Shown here piece after piece: positions 51,551-61,737 of a DNA stretch of 64,000 bases. The stretch covers positions 2,743 to 66,742 of the forward strand of contig CAMZIQ010000003.1 in the NCBI GenBank assembly GCA_947307295.1, in the 5' to 3' direction. Source of the DNA: an uncultured Pseudomonadota bacterium (GTDB lineage: Bacteria; Pseudomonadota; Alphaproteobacteria; Rs-D84). Both the position numbers and the translations under genes were made by a program. Numbering within the stretch: the stretch's first letter is position 1; the number at the start of each line of letters is the position of its first letter. The notes beneath the pieces were generated by a model. The model saw only the letters and a program-made list of their open reading frames with translations, had not been told where the DNA came from and searched no databases.

Positions 51551-52480
51551 TTACAACAAATCAAAGTTTTTGCGGATGATTTTCGCACTTTTACGCAAAG
51601 CATTTGATTCTGCAGAGTTCATCTTAGGGCGTAAATTCATTGATACGCCATTTACCCCGATTATTCGTGGCAAAGACATTGCTACTGCGTTTTTACCAAC
51701 ACCATCAACAATGGACGTAGTTAGTATTCTTTTTTCGTCATGAACTATTGCGTATAATAAATCTGCAACAGCAGCACCAATACCATCCCATGTTGCGCCA
51801 CGTCCTTGGATAATTTCATATGCAGCATTTTTCACACGATGTTCAATAGTGTTGCGTGTAGTTTGTGGTAAAGATATTTTTGCTTGCTTGCAAAAATCAT
51901 CCAAAGCAATTCCACCAACATAAACCGAAGACCAATTTACAACAGAAGAATCACCGTGTTCGCCTAATACATAAGATGAGATTGAACGAGTTGATACGCC
52001 CAGTTGTCTTGATAAAATAATTTTCAAACGTGCTGAATCTAGCATAGTTCCGGTGCCTATAACACGATTCGCTGGCAACTTAGATAATTTTTGTGCCAAC
52101 ATAACCATAACGTCCAAAGGATTAGTGACGATGATGATTTTTACATTTTTGTTATCTACATTTGCCATAACGCGTGGGATAATATCAGATATAACTTCTG
52201 CATTTTTATGCAACAAATCCATACGCGTTTCACCAGGCTTTTGATTAGCGCCCGCTGCAACGATAACTACGTCAGAATTTTTAATTGGACGATAAGTACT
52301 TACTGCTGTGATTTTAATATCATAAGAAAATGCGGACGCATGTCCCAAATCTTCAGCAGCAGCGCGTGCGCGAATACCATCACGGTCAAACAAAACTATT
52401 TCATGTGCCAGACCTGTATTTTTTACAGCGGTTGCCACAGCACTTCCCACAGACCCTACACCTATAATTGCTATTTTCAT
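51551..52480 (-). CDS. ldh: L-lactate dehydrogenase
   Basis: GVGSVG, QKPGETRMDL, TNPLD, LDSAR, GEHGDS. Confidence 0.92.
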   Translation of the reverse strand: MKIAIIGVGSVGSAVATAVKNTGLAHEIVLFDRDGIRARAAAEDLGHASAFSYDIKITAVSTYRPIKNSDVVIVAAGANQKPGETRMDLLHKNAEVISDIIPRVMANVDNKNVKIIIVTNPLDVMVMLAQKLSKLPANRVIGTGTMLDSARLKIILSRQLGVSTRSISSYVLGEHGDSSVVNWSSVYVGGIALDDFCKQAKISLPQTTRNTIEHRVKNAAYEIIQGRGATWDGIGAAVADLLYAIVHDEKRILTTSIVDGVGKNAVAMSLPRIIGVNGVSMNLRPKMNSAESNALRKSAKIIRKNFDLL

Positions 52481-52581
52481 AAATCTCTCCTGTTAATCAG
52501 GATAATTATATCATAAAAAGTATTTGATAAAAACATTTATATTTTGCTAAGATTCCCACCGATAAAAAAAGGAAATAAAAA

Positions 52582-53328
52582 ATGAAAAAGATTTTATGTT
52601 TTGGGGTCGTTAGTAAAAAATATAAAAACGCGCTGGAAATCGCGCAACAACAATGTCCAGAAATTATCGGCTGGGAACCTGCGCCAGAAACAGATGAATT
52701 GCCAAATGAAAATGCAGAATTAATTTTGATGAAATGCGATATTCATAGTGATGATTTTTTAAAACGTGTAATTGCTATTAATAAAAAATTGATGAATGGT
52801 GAAAAATTTTATTTAACCCATTGCGGAATATTTTTTGATAAATCGGGTTTGCGTCCACCATTTATTTTGACTGATGCAGCGTGTATTCCATACCCTGATG
52901 AAACGCAGTTAACGCACATTGTGAATAATGCAGTAAAATTGTATGCTCGGGTTTTTGATAAAGAACACGCGCCATTTATATCATTGATTTCAGCAGGTGG
53001 TGATACGAATACCAAAATAGCACCACTTTTTCATTCGTGGTATGCAGAACATAAAAATAATTTTCCAAAAGATATGTTGCGCATAGAACAATTAGATGTT
53101 GCGCTGGATAAAGATATCCGACATGAAAAACATTTAACAGGGGAAATTGCAAATATAGTTGTTGTGGATAATATTAACACAGGCAACGCAATATTCAAAT
53201 CTTTGTCTGTATTGGGTAATTGGGAACCAGCGTGTTTTTTAATGGGCGCAAAAAATACAATTATATTAAATTCGCGTGGCGCAACAGAAAACGCTTTGGT
53301 AAAAAATATTGTTTTGGGTTGTAAATAA
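52582..53328 (+). CDS. Short phosphate acetyl/butyryltransferase family protein
   Basis: 'LTDAA..PYP', 'QLDVAL', 'NINTGNAIFK', 'ILNSRG'. Confidence 0.75.
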   Translation: MKKILCFGVVSKKYKNALEIAQQQCPEIIGWEPAPETDELPNENAELILMKCDIHSDDFLKRVIAINKKLMNGEKFYLTHCGIFFDKSGLRPPFILTDAACIPYPDETQLTHIVNNAVKLYARVFDKEHAPFISLISAGGDTNTKIAPLFHSWYAEHKNNFPKDMLRIEQLDVALDKDIRHEKHLTGEIANIVVVDNINTGNAIFKSLSVLGNWEPACFLMGAKNTIILNSRGATENALVKNIVLGCK

Positions 53329-53360
53329 AAAACACCGCCATAACGGCGGTGGTTGTTTTT
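53327..53360. terminator. Bidirectional terminator
   Basis: CACCGCC-ATAAC-GGCGGTG. Confidence 0.8.
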
Positions 53361-53388
53361 ATCGCGGCTTTGCGTCAGCAAAGACGGA

Positions 53389-54825
53389 TTAATAAGATTT
53401 TGCAACGAATACAAATGTTGGATCTTTATCGTCCAGACATCTGCGACTGATTTTATACTTTTCAATCAAGCCATCAAATTCTTCATTTGTAGTTAAATCA
53501 TATTTAATACGGAAAAATCCAATTTTTCCAGATTCCAATGCTTTTTCCAATTCCGCCAAAGATGCTACATCTGTAATCATAGTTTTATTGCGTTTTTCAA
53601 CGGCGACCAACATATCGTGTTGAATTGTATCCAACATATTTTTTGCATCGCTTATAAAGTGTTCAACAGATACAGTCGTTTTAGACGATTTGCCCAAATC
53701 ACGACGCGTCACGGTCAAAGTATTTTCTTCCATTTCGCGTGCACCAATTTCAGCGCGCAAAGGTACACCGCGCTTAATCCATTTCCACATTTTATCTGGT
53801 GCGCGTGCATCAGTATCATCAACCAATACGCGAATACCCTTGCTACGTAATTGTTCACCGATTTTATTTGCATAATCATTTAATTCTTTTTCGTTTTCTT
53901 CACGAGTGATTGGAATAACAACAATTTGATAAGGCGCAACAGCCGGTGGCAAAACCAAACCATCATCATCTGAATGAGTCATAAATAAACCGCCCATCAT
54001 ACGAGTTGATGTACCCCAACTTGTTGTCCAACCATGTGTCAACTTGCCATCCGTTCCCAAATATTGAATACCAAAAGATTTTGCAAAGTGTTGACCCAAA
54101 TCATGAGAAGTCCCGGCCTGTAAAGCTTTTCCGTCTTGCATAATTTGTTCGACTGTATAGGTATGGTCAGCACCTGCAAATCTTTCTTCTGGTGTTTTTT
54201 CGCCCATGATAACAGGTATAGCCAAAACATTTGCCATATATTCAGCATACATTTTATGCATTTTGCGTGCATCTTCATTGGCTTCTTCATGTGTTGCAAA
54301 AACATTATGACCTTCTTGCCAATTAAATTCAGCAGTTCTTAAAAACAATCTTGGACGCATTTCCCATCTCATAACATTAACCCATTGATTCAACTTTAAT
54401 GGTAAATCACGATAAGATTGAACCCAGCGTGCCATTGCTTCACCAATAATAGTTTCAGATGTTGGACGAATAACATAAGGTTCTGTTAATTTTGCTTCTG
54501 GGTCAGGTTGCAAAGAACCATCAATCATTTTCAATCTATAATGTGTGACAACAGCGGCTTCCTTGGCAAAGCCAGCGACATGTTCTGCTTCTTTGTTAAA
54601 GAAATTAATAGGTATCAATAATGGAAAATTAGCATTTAATACACCGCTGGCCTTGATACGTTCATCCATTTCATCGCGCATTAATTCCCAAATAGCCCAA
54701 CCATATGGTTTGATTGTCATACAACCGCGCACAGGTGAATTTTCAGCCAAATCAGCAGCGGTAATTAGATTTTGATACCATTCATTAAAATTTTCTTGTC
54801 TTGTTGGTGTAATTGCTGTTTTCAT
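53389..54825 (-). CDS. proS: Proline-tRNA ligase, archaeal/eukaryotic type
   Basis: 'EWY...PVRGC..KPYG', RPTSET, VMRWE, QAGTSH, SWGTSTR, C-terminal AKSY. Confidence 0.95.
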   Translation of the reverse strand: MKTAITPTRQENFNEWYQNLITAADLAENSPVRGCMTIKPYGWAIWELMRDEMDERIKASGVLNANFPLLIPINFFNKEAEHVAGFAKEAAVVTHYRLKMIDGSLQPDPEAKLTEPYVIRPTSETIIGEAMARWVQSYRDLPLKLNQWVNVMRWEMRPRLFLRTAEFNWQEGHNVFATHEEANEDARKMHKMYAEYMANVLAIPVIMGEKTPEERFAGADHTYTVEQIMQDGKALQAGTSHDLGQHFAKSFGIQYLGTDGKLTHGWTTSWGTSTRMMGGLFMTHSDDDGLVLPPAVAPYQIVVIPITREENEKELNDYANKIGEQLRSKGIRVLVDDTDARAPDKMWKWIKRGVPLRAEIGAREMEENTLTVTRRDLGKSSKTTVSVEHFISDAKNMLDTIQHDMLVAVEKRNKTMITDVASLAELEKALESGKIGFFRIKYDLTTNEEFDGLIEKYKISRRCLDDKDPTFVFVAKSY

Positions 54826-54829
54826 TTTT

Positions 54830-56113
54830 TTACTTTTTGTTTTTAAGTTTTGTTATTAAATCTTGAATGTTTTTTACGTAATCGTTCGCATCCAAAGAAT
54901 TTGGTAGTTTTGTTGTGTCATAATCGTTAACGCGATATTTTACTTCGATTTGATTATTACTCAGATTTTTTTCTGAAACAATCAAACGAATTGGTGCGGC
55001 AATTAAATCTGCATCCGCAAATTTTTCACCAGGACGATTTTCACGATTATCCAATAAAACATCTATGCCTTTGGATTTTAAATTATTATAAATTGTTTCT
55101 GCCAAAGGTAAAGTTTTATTTTCTTTATCAACCAAACCGATTACTTCTACTGCAAAAGGTGCAGTTTCCATATTCCATATTGGTCCGTTATCATCTGCAC
55201 TTTCTTCAATAATAGCAGCCATGACACGCGTCACACCAATTCCATAGCAACCCATTATTGGTGTTTTTTCTTCACCATTTGCGTCCGTATATGTCAGATG
55301 CATAGAATCTGCATAAAATTTACCCAACTGGAAAACTTGACCGATTTCAATACCACGAACTTTATTTAACTTTTTACCACATTTTGGACATGTGGCAGAT
55401 TCTTCGTCTACGACTTCTTTATTTGCGCGAAAACCACAATCGCAAATATACAAAGTATCTTCACCCATGTCTGTTATTAATTGAAATTCATGTGTGAATT
55501 TACCGCCCATATCCCCAGAAGAAGCCAATACATCAACGAAATTTTTCAAACCACAACGTTTGAATAATCTGTAATAAGCATCAAAACAACGTTTATAGTA
55601 TTTTTCCAAATCTTCTTGGGTTTCATGGAAAGAATAAGCATCTTTCATAATAAATTCGCGTGTTCTAATGAGACCTGCACGAACACGTAATTCATCACGA
55701 AACTTAGTTTGAATTTGATATAACATAAAAGGCATTTGCCGGTAAGATTTCAACACAGAACGTGCATAATCTGTGATAACTTCTTCATGTGTTGGACATA
55801 TTACATAATCTGTTCCAGATCTGCTTTTGAATTTTGCGATATTATCCATAGAATCATAACGTCCTGTTTCTTTCCATAAATCAGCAGTGCAAACAACAGG
55901 CAACAATAATTCTTGACCGTCAATCGCGTTCATCTCATCGCGAATAATGTTTTCGATTTTACGAACAACACTCCAACCGAGTGGTGTAAGAGTGTATCCA
56001 CCTTGGAAAGTTTGGTATACATAGCCACCCTTGATGGCGATTTTATGTCCACGGGTTGTAGCGCCAGCGACATCACCATATAACCTATTAACACATAGTT
56101 TTTCAATTTTCAT
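54830..56113 (-). CDS. proS: Proline-tRNA ligase, bacterial type without INS editing domain
   Basis: LWKETGR, PTHEE, YQIQTKFRDE..R.REF.MKDAYSF, GIEIGQVF, MGCYGIGVTR, GEKFADADL. Confidence 0.92.
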   Translation of the reverse strand: MKIEKLCVNRLYGDVAGATTRGHKIAIKGGYVYQTFQGGYTLTPLGWSVVRKIENIIRDEMNAIDGQELLLPVVCTADLWKETGRYDSMDNIAKFKSRSGTDYVICPTHEEVITDYARSVLKSYRQMPFMLYQIQTKFRDELRVRAGLIRTREFIMKDAYSFHETQEDLEKYYKRCFDAYYRLFKRCGLKNFVDVLASSGDMGGKFTHEFQLITDMGEDTLYICDCGFRANKEVVDEESATCPKCGKKLNKVRGIEIGQVFQLGKFYADSMHLTYTDANGEEKTPIMGCYGIGVTRVMAAIIEESADDNGPIWNMETAPFAVEVIGLVDKENKTLPLAETIYNNLKSKGIDVLLDNRENRPGEKFADADLIAAPIRLIVSEKNLSNNQIEVKYRVNDYDTTKLPNSLDANDYVKNIQDLITKLKNKK

Positions 56114-56147
56114 TTTTATATCTCTTGGTTTTTAGAATAATTAAAAA

Positions 56148-56957
56148 TTATTTTGTTTTCATATAAGTTTCTGAAACTATTTTGTGCAAAGTTTCTGCGA
56201 TTTGTTTTCTGTCCATACCCGATAAATCGGGGACGGGTAAAACTTCGATTTCAACCAAGAAACCACCCAAACACATAATGTGAAAAACCTGGGCAAATGC
56301 ACTGCGTTCTTTTTTGCAGCATGGACCGCAATCTTGTTTTGCATTATCAAAGTAAGCAAAATGATTTGCCATGTCGATATCACTTATTTTTGTGCCATCT
56401 TTTAAACGATAGTGTATAACCACAGGCTGTACAGTTATACCAGTTTTTTCCACGATATCAAACATAGAACTTTTGAACTGTTTCACATAAGCACCGTTTG
56501 TAGTTGTGCCTTCTGGAAAAATAAACATTGGGTAATCAACTTTGTCTAATTCAGATTTTATTTTATTCAAAGCTTCCAGAGCATGAGAAGGACGGCGATC
56601 AATAAAAACGACACCGAATTTTTTTGCAATCCAACCAACCAATGGCCAAGTAGATATTTCTTTTTTTCCAAAGAACGAACCACCAAACGCCACAGGCATA
56701 GTAGCCATTTCAAAAACAGAAATATGATTACATACGCAAAGCAAAGGGCGCTTTGTGGACAGTTTACCTTTGACTTTGAAACGAACACCAGTCATAAAAT
56801 TAAATTGCCGCATAAAGAAACGCATGTATTTAACAGATAACTTACCCTGTGGCACAAAACAAAGAATCAGCGCATTTATCAACACCATTATCCAAGCAAT
56901 TGTGAACCACAAAAATTTTACAGGCATAATGAAAATATTTGGTTTACGAATTTTCAT
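56148..56957 (-). CDS. olsA: Lyso-lipid acyltransferase (PlsC family, probable OlsA)
   Basis: NHISVFE, VFIDR, FPEGTT; directly after olsB. Confidence 0.75.
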   Translation of the reverse strand: MKIRKPNIFIMPVKFLWFTIAWIMVLINALILCFVPQGKLSVKYMRFFMRQFNFMTGVRFKVKGKLSTKRPLLCVCNHISVFEMATMPVAFGGSFFGKKEISTWPLVGWIAKKFGVVFIDRRPSHALEALNKIKSELDKVDYPMFIFPEGTTTNGAYVKQFKSSMFDIVEKTGITVQPVVIHYRLKDGTKISDIDMANHFAYFDNAKQDCGPCCKKERSAFAQVFHIMCLGGFLVEIEVLPVPDLSGMDRKQIAETLHKIVSETYMKTK

Positions 56958-56960
56958 TTT

Positions 56961-57926
56961 TTATTTAGCCTCGCTTTCTGTTTCTTCAGAATTTTCTTTA
57001 TCAATATATTCAATGTCATCAGCATCTTCGCGCATAAACAATTCACCAAAAGCACGGATAGCTTTGCCAGCACCAGTAATTGGTGACATTATAATTTTAC
57101 CGAATATAGACAAAGGTCCAACCTTTACCCCCAATTCGTCAAAAGCATTTTCAGAACCAGCAAAATGTTTCTGATACGTTTTATCTATGTTTTTAGTTTG
57201 TACCAAAACAAATACATCGTACGTTCCAAAACCCTTATCAATGAACACACCACGGCCAAAAGTTGCACCAAGGCGCAAATATCCTTTGATTAAAGGAGTC
57301 ATTTGTTTTTTTGCTTCGTCTTCATTAACAAAAGCACGCGGCAAAATATTCATCTGGGTCATAGCTGGATTTATAGAAGAATCCAAATTTTCTTTTAATA
57401 CCGTTGCACGTAAATGAGATGGTGACAAGCAATTGTAATACAAATAAGATAAAGCCTGAGCCGATTGTGCAGGGTTAGTTCCAACAAACGAAGGAACACC
57501 AAACAAAATTACAACTTTGCGTTTAACAACGTATTCGCATAATCCCGCCCAAAGCAAGCGCATAACCAAACCGTTTTCGCGATATTCCATCTTTACACAA
57601 GCGCGCGACATTTCAGCAATATTGCCGTTAACTTTTTTTATTTTTGAAATATTAAATTCTTGTTCGGTGTAAAACCCACCCATTTTTTCAGCAGCATCTT
57701 TATCGATAATACGATATGTTCCGACAATTTTGCCATTGTGAAAAACCGCCATATAATCAGCATATGTATCATATGCGTCATATTCTTCGCCAAGATTTTT
57801 TTGTTCTTCGGTTGCAGAAGCGTTTTCTTCCAAACAGAAAACTTCATAACGTAATTGACGCACCATCTTTCTTTCTTCTTTGTTGCGAGTCAATCGAACC
57901 TCAAAATCACGAACTTTTATAGCCAT
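56961..57926 (-). CDS. olsB: Ornithine-lipid N-acyltransferase (GNAT, OlsB-like)
   Basis: 'LRYEVF', 'VGTYR', 'GFYTEQEF', 'EMSRACV', 'LLWAGL', 'PLIKGYLRLGA'. Confidence 0.85.
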   Translation of the reverse strand: MAIKVRDFEVRLTRNKEERKMVRQLRYEVFCLEENASATEEQKNLGEEYDAYDTYADYMAVFHNGKIVGTYRIIDKDAAEKMGGFYTEQEFNISKIKKVNGNIAEMSRACVKMEYRENGLVMRLLWAGLCEYVVKRKVVILFGVPSFVGTNPAQSAQALSYLYYNCLSPSHLRATVLKENLDSSINPAMTQMNILPRAFVNEDEAKKQMTPLIKGYLRLGATFGRGVFIDKGFGTYDVFVLVQTKNIDKTYQKHFAGSENAFDELGVKVGPLSIFGKIIMSPITGAGKAIRAFGELFMREDADDIEYIDKENSEETESEAK

Positions 57927-58035
57927 ATATAATCCTTTTAAAACAAATAATAGTTAATCTTACCAAAGAAAACAGTCATAAGCAATTATTTTTATTTTTG
58001 CTGGACTTTTTGAGTTTTTTATGTAAGCAGATTTT

Positions 58036-59085
58036 TTATTTTAATTTTTCAGATAGTTCTGCAATCGCAATCGCATACCAAGATGAATTATTCCATTTCT
58101 TTATCCTGTAAAAATTAGGATATGTTAAATAGGCTTTTATCACAGGTGTTGGCGCGATATCTGTGTCGTCAGATTGTGTTGAATTTGATTCAAATAAATC
58201 GTGTTCTGCAATCGCTTTTTTATCAGCAATCAAACCAACAACAGTATCTTTCAAAGGTATCGGTGTTCCATCTATTTTCATTACCCCCATTTGTGCCCAT
58301 TCTTTGAAACTTTTTTTAACATCACCATTTAAATTATCTCTGTCAAAATCTGCGGGTAAAATCACTTTGTAAACAATAGGCTCATTTTTATTCCAACCCA
58401 ATTTATTCAGGTAATTCCCAGCGCTGTACATTGCATCGCCAATGCTGTTTATTATATCGATTCTGCCATCATTATTTCCGTCTGCGCCATATTGTGTCAA
58501 TGTAGTTGGTATAAACTGGAAATGTCCCATTGCGCCAGCCCAAGAACCGTAAATATTATTGATTGCCAATTTGTTTTTATCAGCAATTTTCATTAAAGCA
58601 ATTAATTGTTTAGAAAAAAATTCTTCACGACGCCCTTCGTAAACCAAAGTAAAGAAAGCATCTGTTAATCTGTGTTTAGATTTTATTGCGCCATAGTTAG
58701 ATTCCATTCCCCAAAAAGCCAATATCACATTTCTTGGAACACCGTATTTTTGTTCTACGCGTGATAATAATGTTGGGTATTCAGCACGTTTTTTTCTGCC
58801 GTTTTTTACGCGGGTATCACTTACTGTGCGATTTAGATATTGTTCCAATGTCAAAGTAAATTCAGATTGACTTTTATCTGATTTTACAATGCCGGGAATA
58901 AAAGCAGGTGATTTTAATGTTTCGTCTATGACTGATTTGCTGATGTTCTGAGCAGTTGCTTTCGTGCGAATGTCCGAAAGTACACTATCCCAGCGTTCCA
59001 AATCAAAAACGCCACGATTTGCCCATGCCGTGTTAACAACCAACCCTAATAACAATCCACAAAGCATAGGCAGTTTATATTTCAT
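58036..59085 (-). CDS. Lytic murein transglycosylase (MltB/SLT_2)
   Basis: WGMESNYG, GSWAGAMGHFQFIP, DGNNDGRID, WNNSSWY. Confidence 0.92.
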   Translation of the reverse strand: MKYKLPMLCGLLLGLVVNTAWANRGVFDLERWDSVLSDIRTKATAQNISKSVIDETLKSPAFIPGIVKSDKSQSEFTLTLEQYLNRTVSDTRVKNGRKKRAEYPTLLSRVEQKYGVPRNVILAFWGMESNYGAIKSKHRLTDAFFTLVYEGRREEFFSKQLIALMKIADKNKLAINNIYGSWAGAMGHFQFIPTTLTQYGADGNNDGRIDIINSIGDAMYSAGNYLNKLGWNKNEPIVYKVILPADFDRDNLNGDVKKSFKEWAQMGVMKIDGTPIPLKDTVVGLIADKKAIAEHDLFESNSTQSDDTDIAPTPVIKAYLTYPNFYRIKKWNNSSWYAIAIAELSEKLK

Positions 59086-59100
59086 ATTACTCCGCATTAA

Positions 59101-60588
59101 CTAGAAAGAATATTTTAATCCGATATGCAATCCGAAAGATCTCCACGTGGCTTCTTTCAAAGATTCCGATACATGTTCAGTATACGCAGGTATTGTTTCT
59201 GCAATCCAGCTTCCTGGATTGTTTTCATCTTCGTAATAAATAGTACTTTCTGCTACATATAATTCACCAGGTATTTTTCCAATGTGAAAGTAATTTGTAT
59301 CAGCTTTTAATGATAATGACATACGGTCTGATAATTGATAAGAATATTCCATTTCTGCTTCATAAGCGAACGCGCCATTGTCACCTTCGTCCAAGAAACT
59401 CGGGTTCTGTTGCCAGTCATCACGATTCGGCCATGTTCCTTCGGATGAATACTTAGGCATACTGACTTGGACATAAAAACGCAATTTATCTGCCAAGGTC
59501 ATTTGTTTTTCGACTTCTAAACCGAGATAGAAACCACTCCAAGTTGTGTCATAGATATGCGTTGTTCCTTCGACTTTTATAACACCATCACCACCGATAA
59601 CGACACAGTCGCCTTCGGCAACACCCCAAGGTAATGTTCCCATGCTGGAAGAATAATCAACTGTGGTCAATGTGTTGCCCAATGGATATAACACACCATC
59701 AATAGAAGAACCACCGGTTGAAGCCAACACAACCTTTATATCTTCTGGTCCCATACAAATTTGATATAACCCGGAATCATCAGCAACAGACACATTTGTT
59801 GGCACAGCATAATAATTACCAGCTGTATCACCAAAAACGTAATCGCCAGAACTGGTCATCAATGGTAAATAAACCCCAGGATTTGGATATAAATGGTTGG
59901 TCATCTTTAAGTTATGCTTGAATATTTCATAACCAATATGAGGAGTTAATTTCCATCCACCCAGATTCCAAATATGATGAGCAGCAACACCCAGTTTTAT
60001 TTTGCTGGTGTCGCCACTTTGACCACCCATAGATATGGTGAATATCCCATCGGTTGGGTATGAATAATCATACGGTTCCAAATCATAGTCCATGGACAAA
60101 CCACCACTGGACATTTCACCATATGAATATTCACCATAAACAGCCAAATCAAAACCACGAATATCAAAAACATGTTTCAAACCAACATTAAATTCGTTAA
60201 ACAGCATATCGTCCCATTCCAGCACAGAATTAACACCAGTTTTAAATTCAAAATCAGCAAAACGGCGTGCATACGAAGCATATATAGACGTATTATGTTC
60301 GCTGGCTGGTTTCGCAACACCATTTGTAGTCATAGTTCCGCGCGAATCCGGTTGATACATTTGTTGATGTGGTACTTGGTAAGAATACTTATTAGAAGAC
60401 AAAACCTGTTTTGTGCCAGAATTGCCAACATATTTAGTATAACCATAATTTTTATACTTGTTATACCCAAGCTGGTTCGCATTAGATGCAGGCGAACCTG
60501 TATAATACGCCAACGACCCCTCATTTGATGCCAAGCATGCAAAAGGGGCAGCAAAAGCGCACAAAAAAGCCAAAAAATTCTTTTTCAT
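59101..60588 (-). CDS. Outer-membrane beta-barrel protein (omptin-like features)
   Basis: Signal peptide, amphipathic strands, 'SVLEW', C-terminal 'GLKYSF' BAM signature. Confidence 0.7.
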   Translation of the reverse strand: MKKNFLAFLCAFAAPFACLASNEGSLAYYTGSPASNANQLGYNKYKNYGYTKYVGNSGTKQVLSSNKYSYQVPHQQMYQPDSRGTMTTNGVAKPASEHNTSIYASYARRFADFEFKTGVNSVLEWDDMLFNEFNVGLKHVFDIRGFDLAVYGEYSYGEMSSGGLSMDYDLEPYDYSYPTDGIFTISMGGQSGDTSKIKLGVAAHHIWNLGGWKLTPHIGYEIFKHNLKMTNHLYPNPGVYLPLMTSSGDYVFGDTAGNYYAVPTNVSVADDSGLYQICMGPEDIKVVLASTGGSSIDGVLYPLGNTLTTVDYSSSMGTLPWGVAEGDCVVIGGDGVIKVEGTTHIYDTTWSGFYLGLEVEKQMTLADKLRFYVQVSMPKYSSEGTWPNRDDWQQNPSFLDEGDNGAFAYEAEMEYSYQLSDRMSLSLKADTNYFHIGKIPGELYVAESTIYYEDENNPGSWIAETIPAYTEHVSESLKEATWRSFGLHIGLKYSF

Positions 60589-60681
60589 CTTCCTTTACGC
60601 AACCTATTATATCATAAAAAAGGATTTAAAAAAAGTGTTTGTTTATATTGAATTTTATTTTTCTTGATTTATCATCTTTGT

Positions 60682-61737
60682 ATGCAAGTTTTTCACAATA
60701 TTTACATCCATGTCCCATTTTGTACTGCCAAGTGCAATTATTGTGCGTTTTATTCAATGGCAAATCCTAATCCTGATTGGCAAAAATATGCGGATAATAT
60801 TTGCCAAGAATTGCGTTTTTGGTCTGAAAAATTGGGTAAAATAAAAGTTCCTACGATTTTTTTTGGTGGTGGTACGCCGTCTTTGATGCCAGTAATGATT
60901 TTTGAACGAATAATTAATTGCATAAAAGATAATTTTGATATAGACAATAATTGTGAAATAACTTTGGAATCTAATCCTGGCACGATTGATAAAAATAAAT
61001 TGTCTGATTTTGTATTAGCGGGTGTAAATCGTCTGTCTGTTGGTGTTCAATCTTTAAAAGATGAAGAATTATTATTTTTAGGACGTAAACATAATGTAAA
61101 ACAAGCAACAGATTTATTAGATATTGCAAAAAATATGAATTTGCGTGTTTCTGCTGATTTTATTTATGGACTGCCAAATCATAACGAAGAAAGTATTGTT
61201 GATTTGTGTAGACGGATAAATAATTTGGATTTAAAACATGTTTCTATGTATGAATTAACAATTGAAAAAAATACTCCGTTTGGAAAAATGAATTTGAACA
61301 TGCCAGACAATGAAACAATGGCTAAAATGTATATGGAAATCTCAGAATATCTTTCTTTGCCAAGATATGAAGTATCTAATTATGCTATTCCTGGTGATGA
61401 ATGTCGACATAATCAAAATATATGGAACGGTGACGCTTATATTGGGATTGGTCGCGGTGCTGCTGGGCGTGTTATGATGGACGGAATTTGGTATGAACAA
61501 CGCGGTGCAAACGAATTATTTGAACCAATCAGTAATGAAACACGTGCAATAGAAAAAATCTTAACAGGATTGCGCACTATGCGTGGTGTAAAATTAACAG
61601 ACGATGTGAAATCTAAGATTAATTTTGATTGGGTAAATTCACACAAAGATTTAGTTGAAATAAACAATGAATATTTGCATACTACGCATCAGGGTTTATT
61701 AATACTTGACGATTTAACAGTGGATTTAATCAAATGA
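60682..61737 (+). CDS. hemW: Radical SAM heme chaperone HemW (HemN-like)
   Basis: YIHVPFCTAKCNYCAF, GGGTPS, YEVSNYA, HNQNIW. Confidence 0.9.
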   Translation: MQVFHNIYIHVPFCTAKCNYCAFYSMANPNPDWQKYADNICQELRFWSEKLGKIKVPTIFFGGGTPSLMPVMIFERIINCIKDNFDIDNNCEITLESNPGTIDKNKLSDFVLAGVNRLSVGVQSLKDEELLFLGRKHNVKQATDLLDIAKNMNLRVSADFIYGLPNHNEESIVDLCRRINNLDLKHVSMYELTIEKNTPFGKMNLNMPDNETMAKMYMEISEYLSLPRYEVSNYAIPGDECRHNQNIWNGDAYIGIGRGAAGRVMMDGIWYEQRGANELFEPISNETRAIEKILTGLRTMRGVKLTDDVKSKINFDWVNSHKDLVEINNEYLHTTHQGLLILDDLTVDLIK

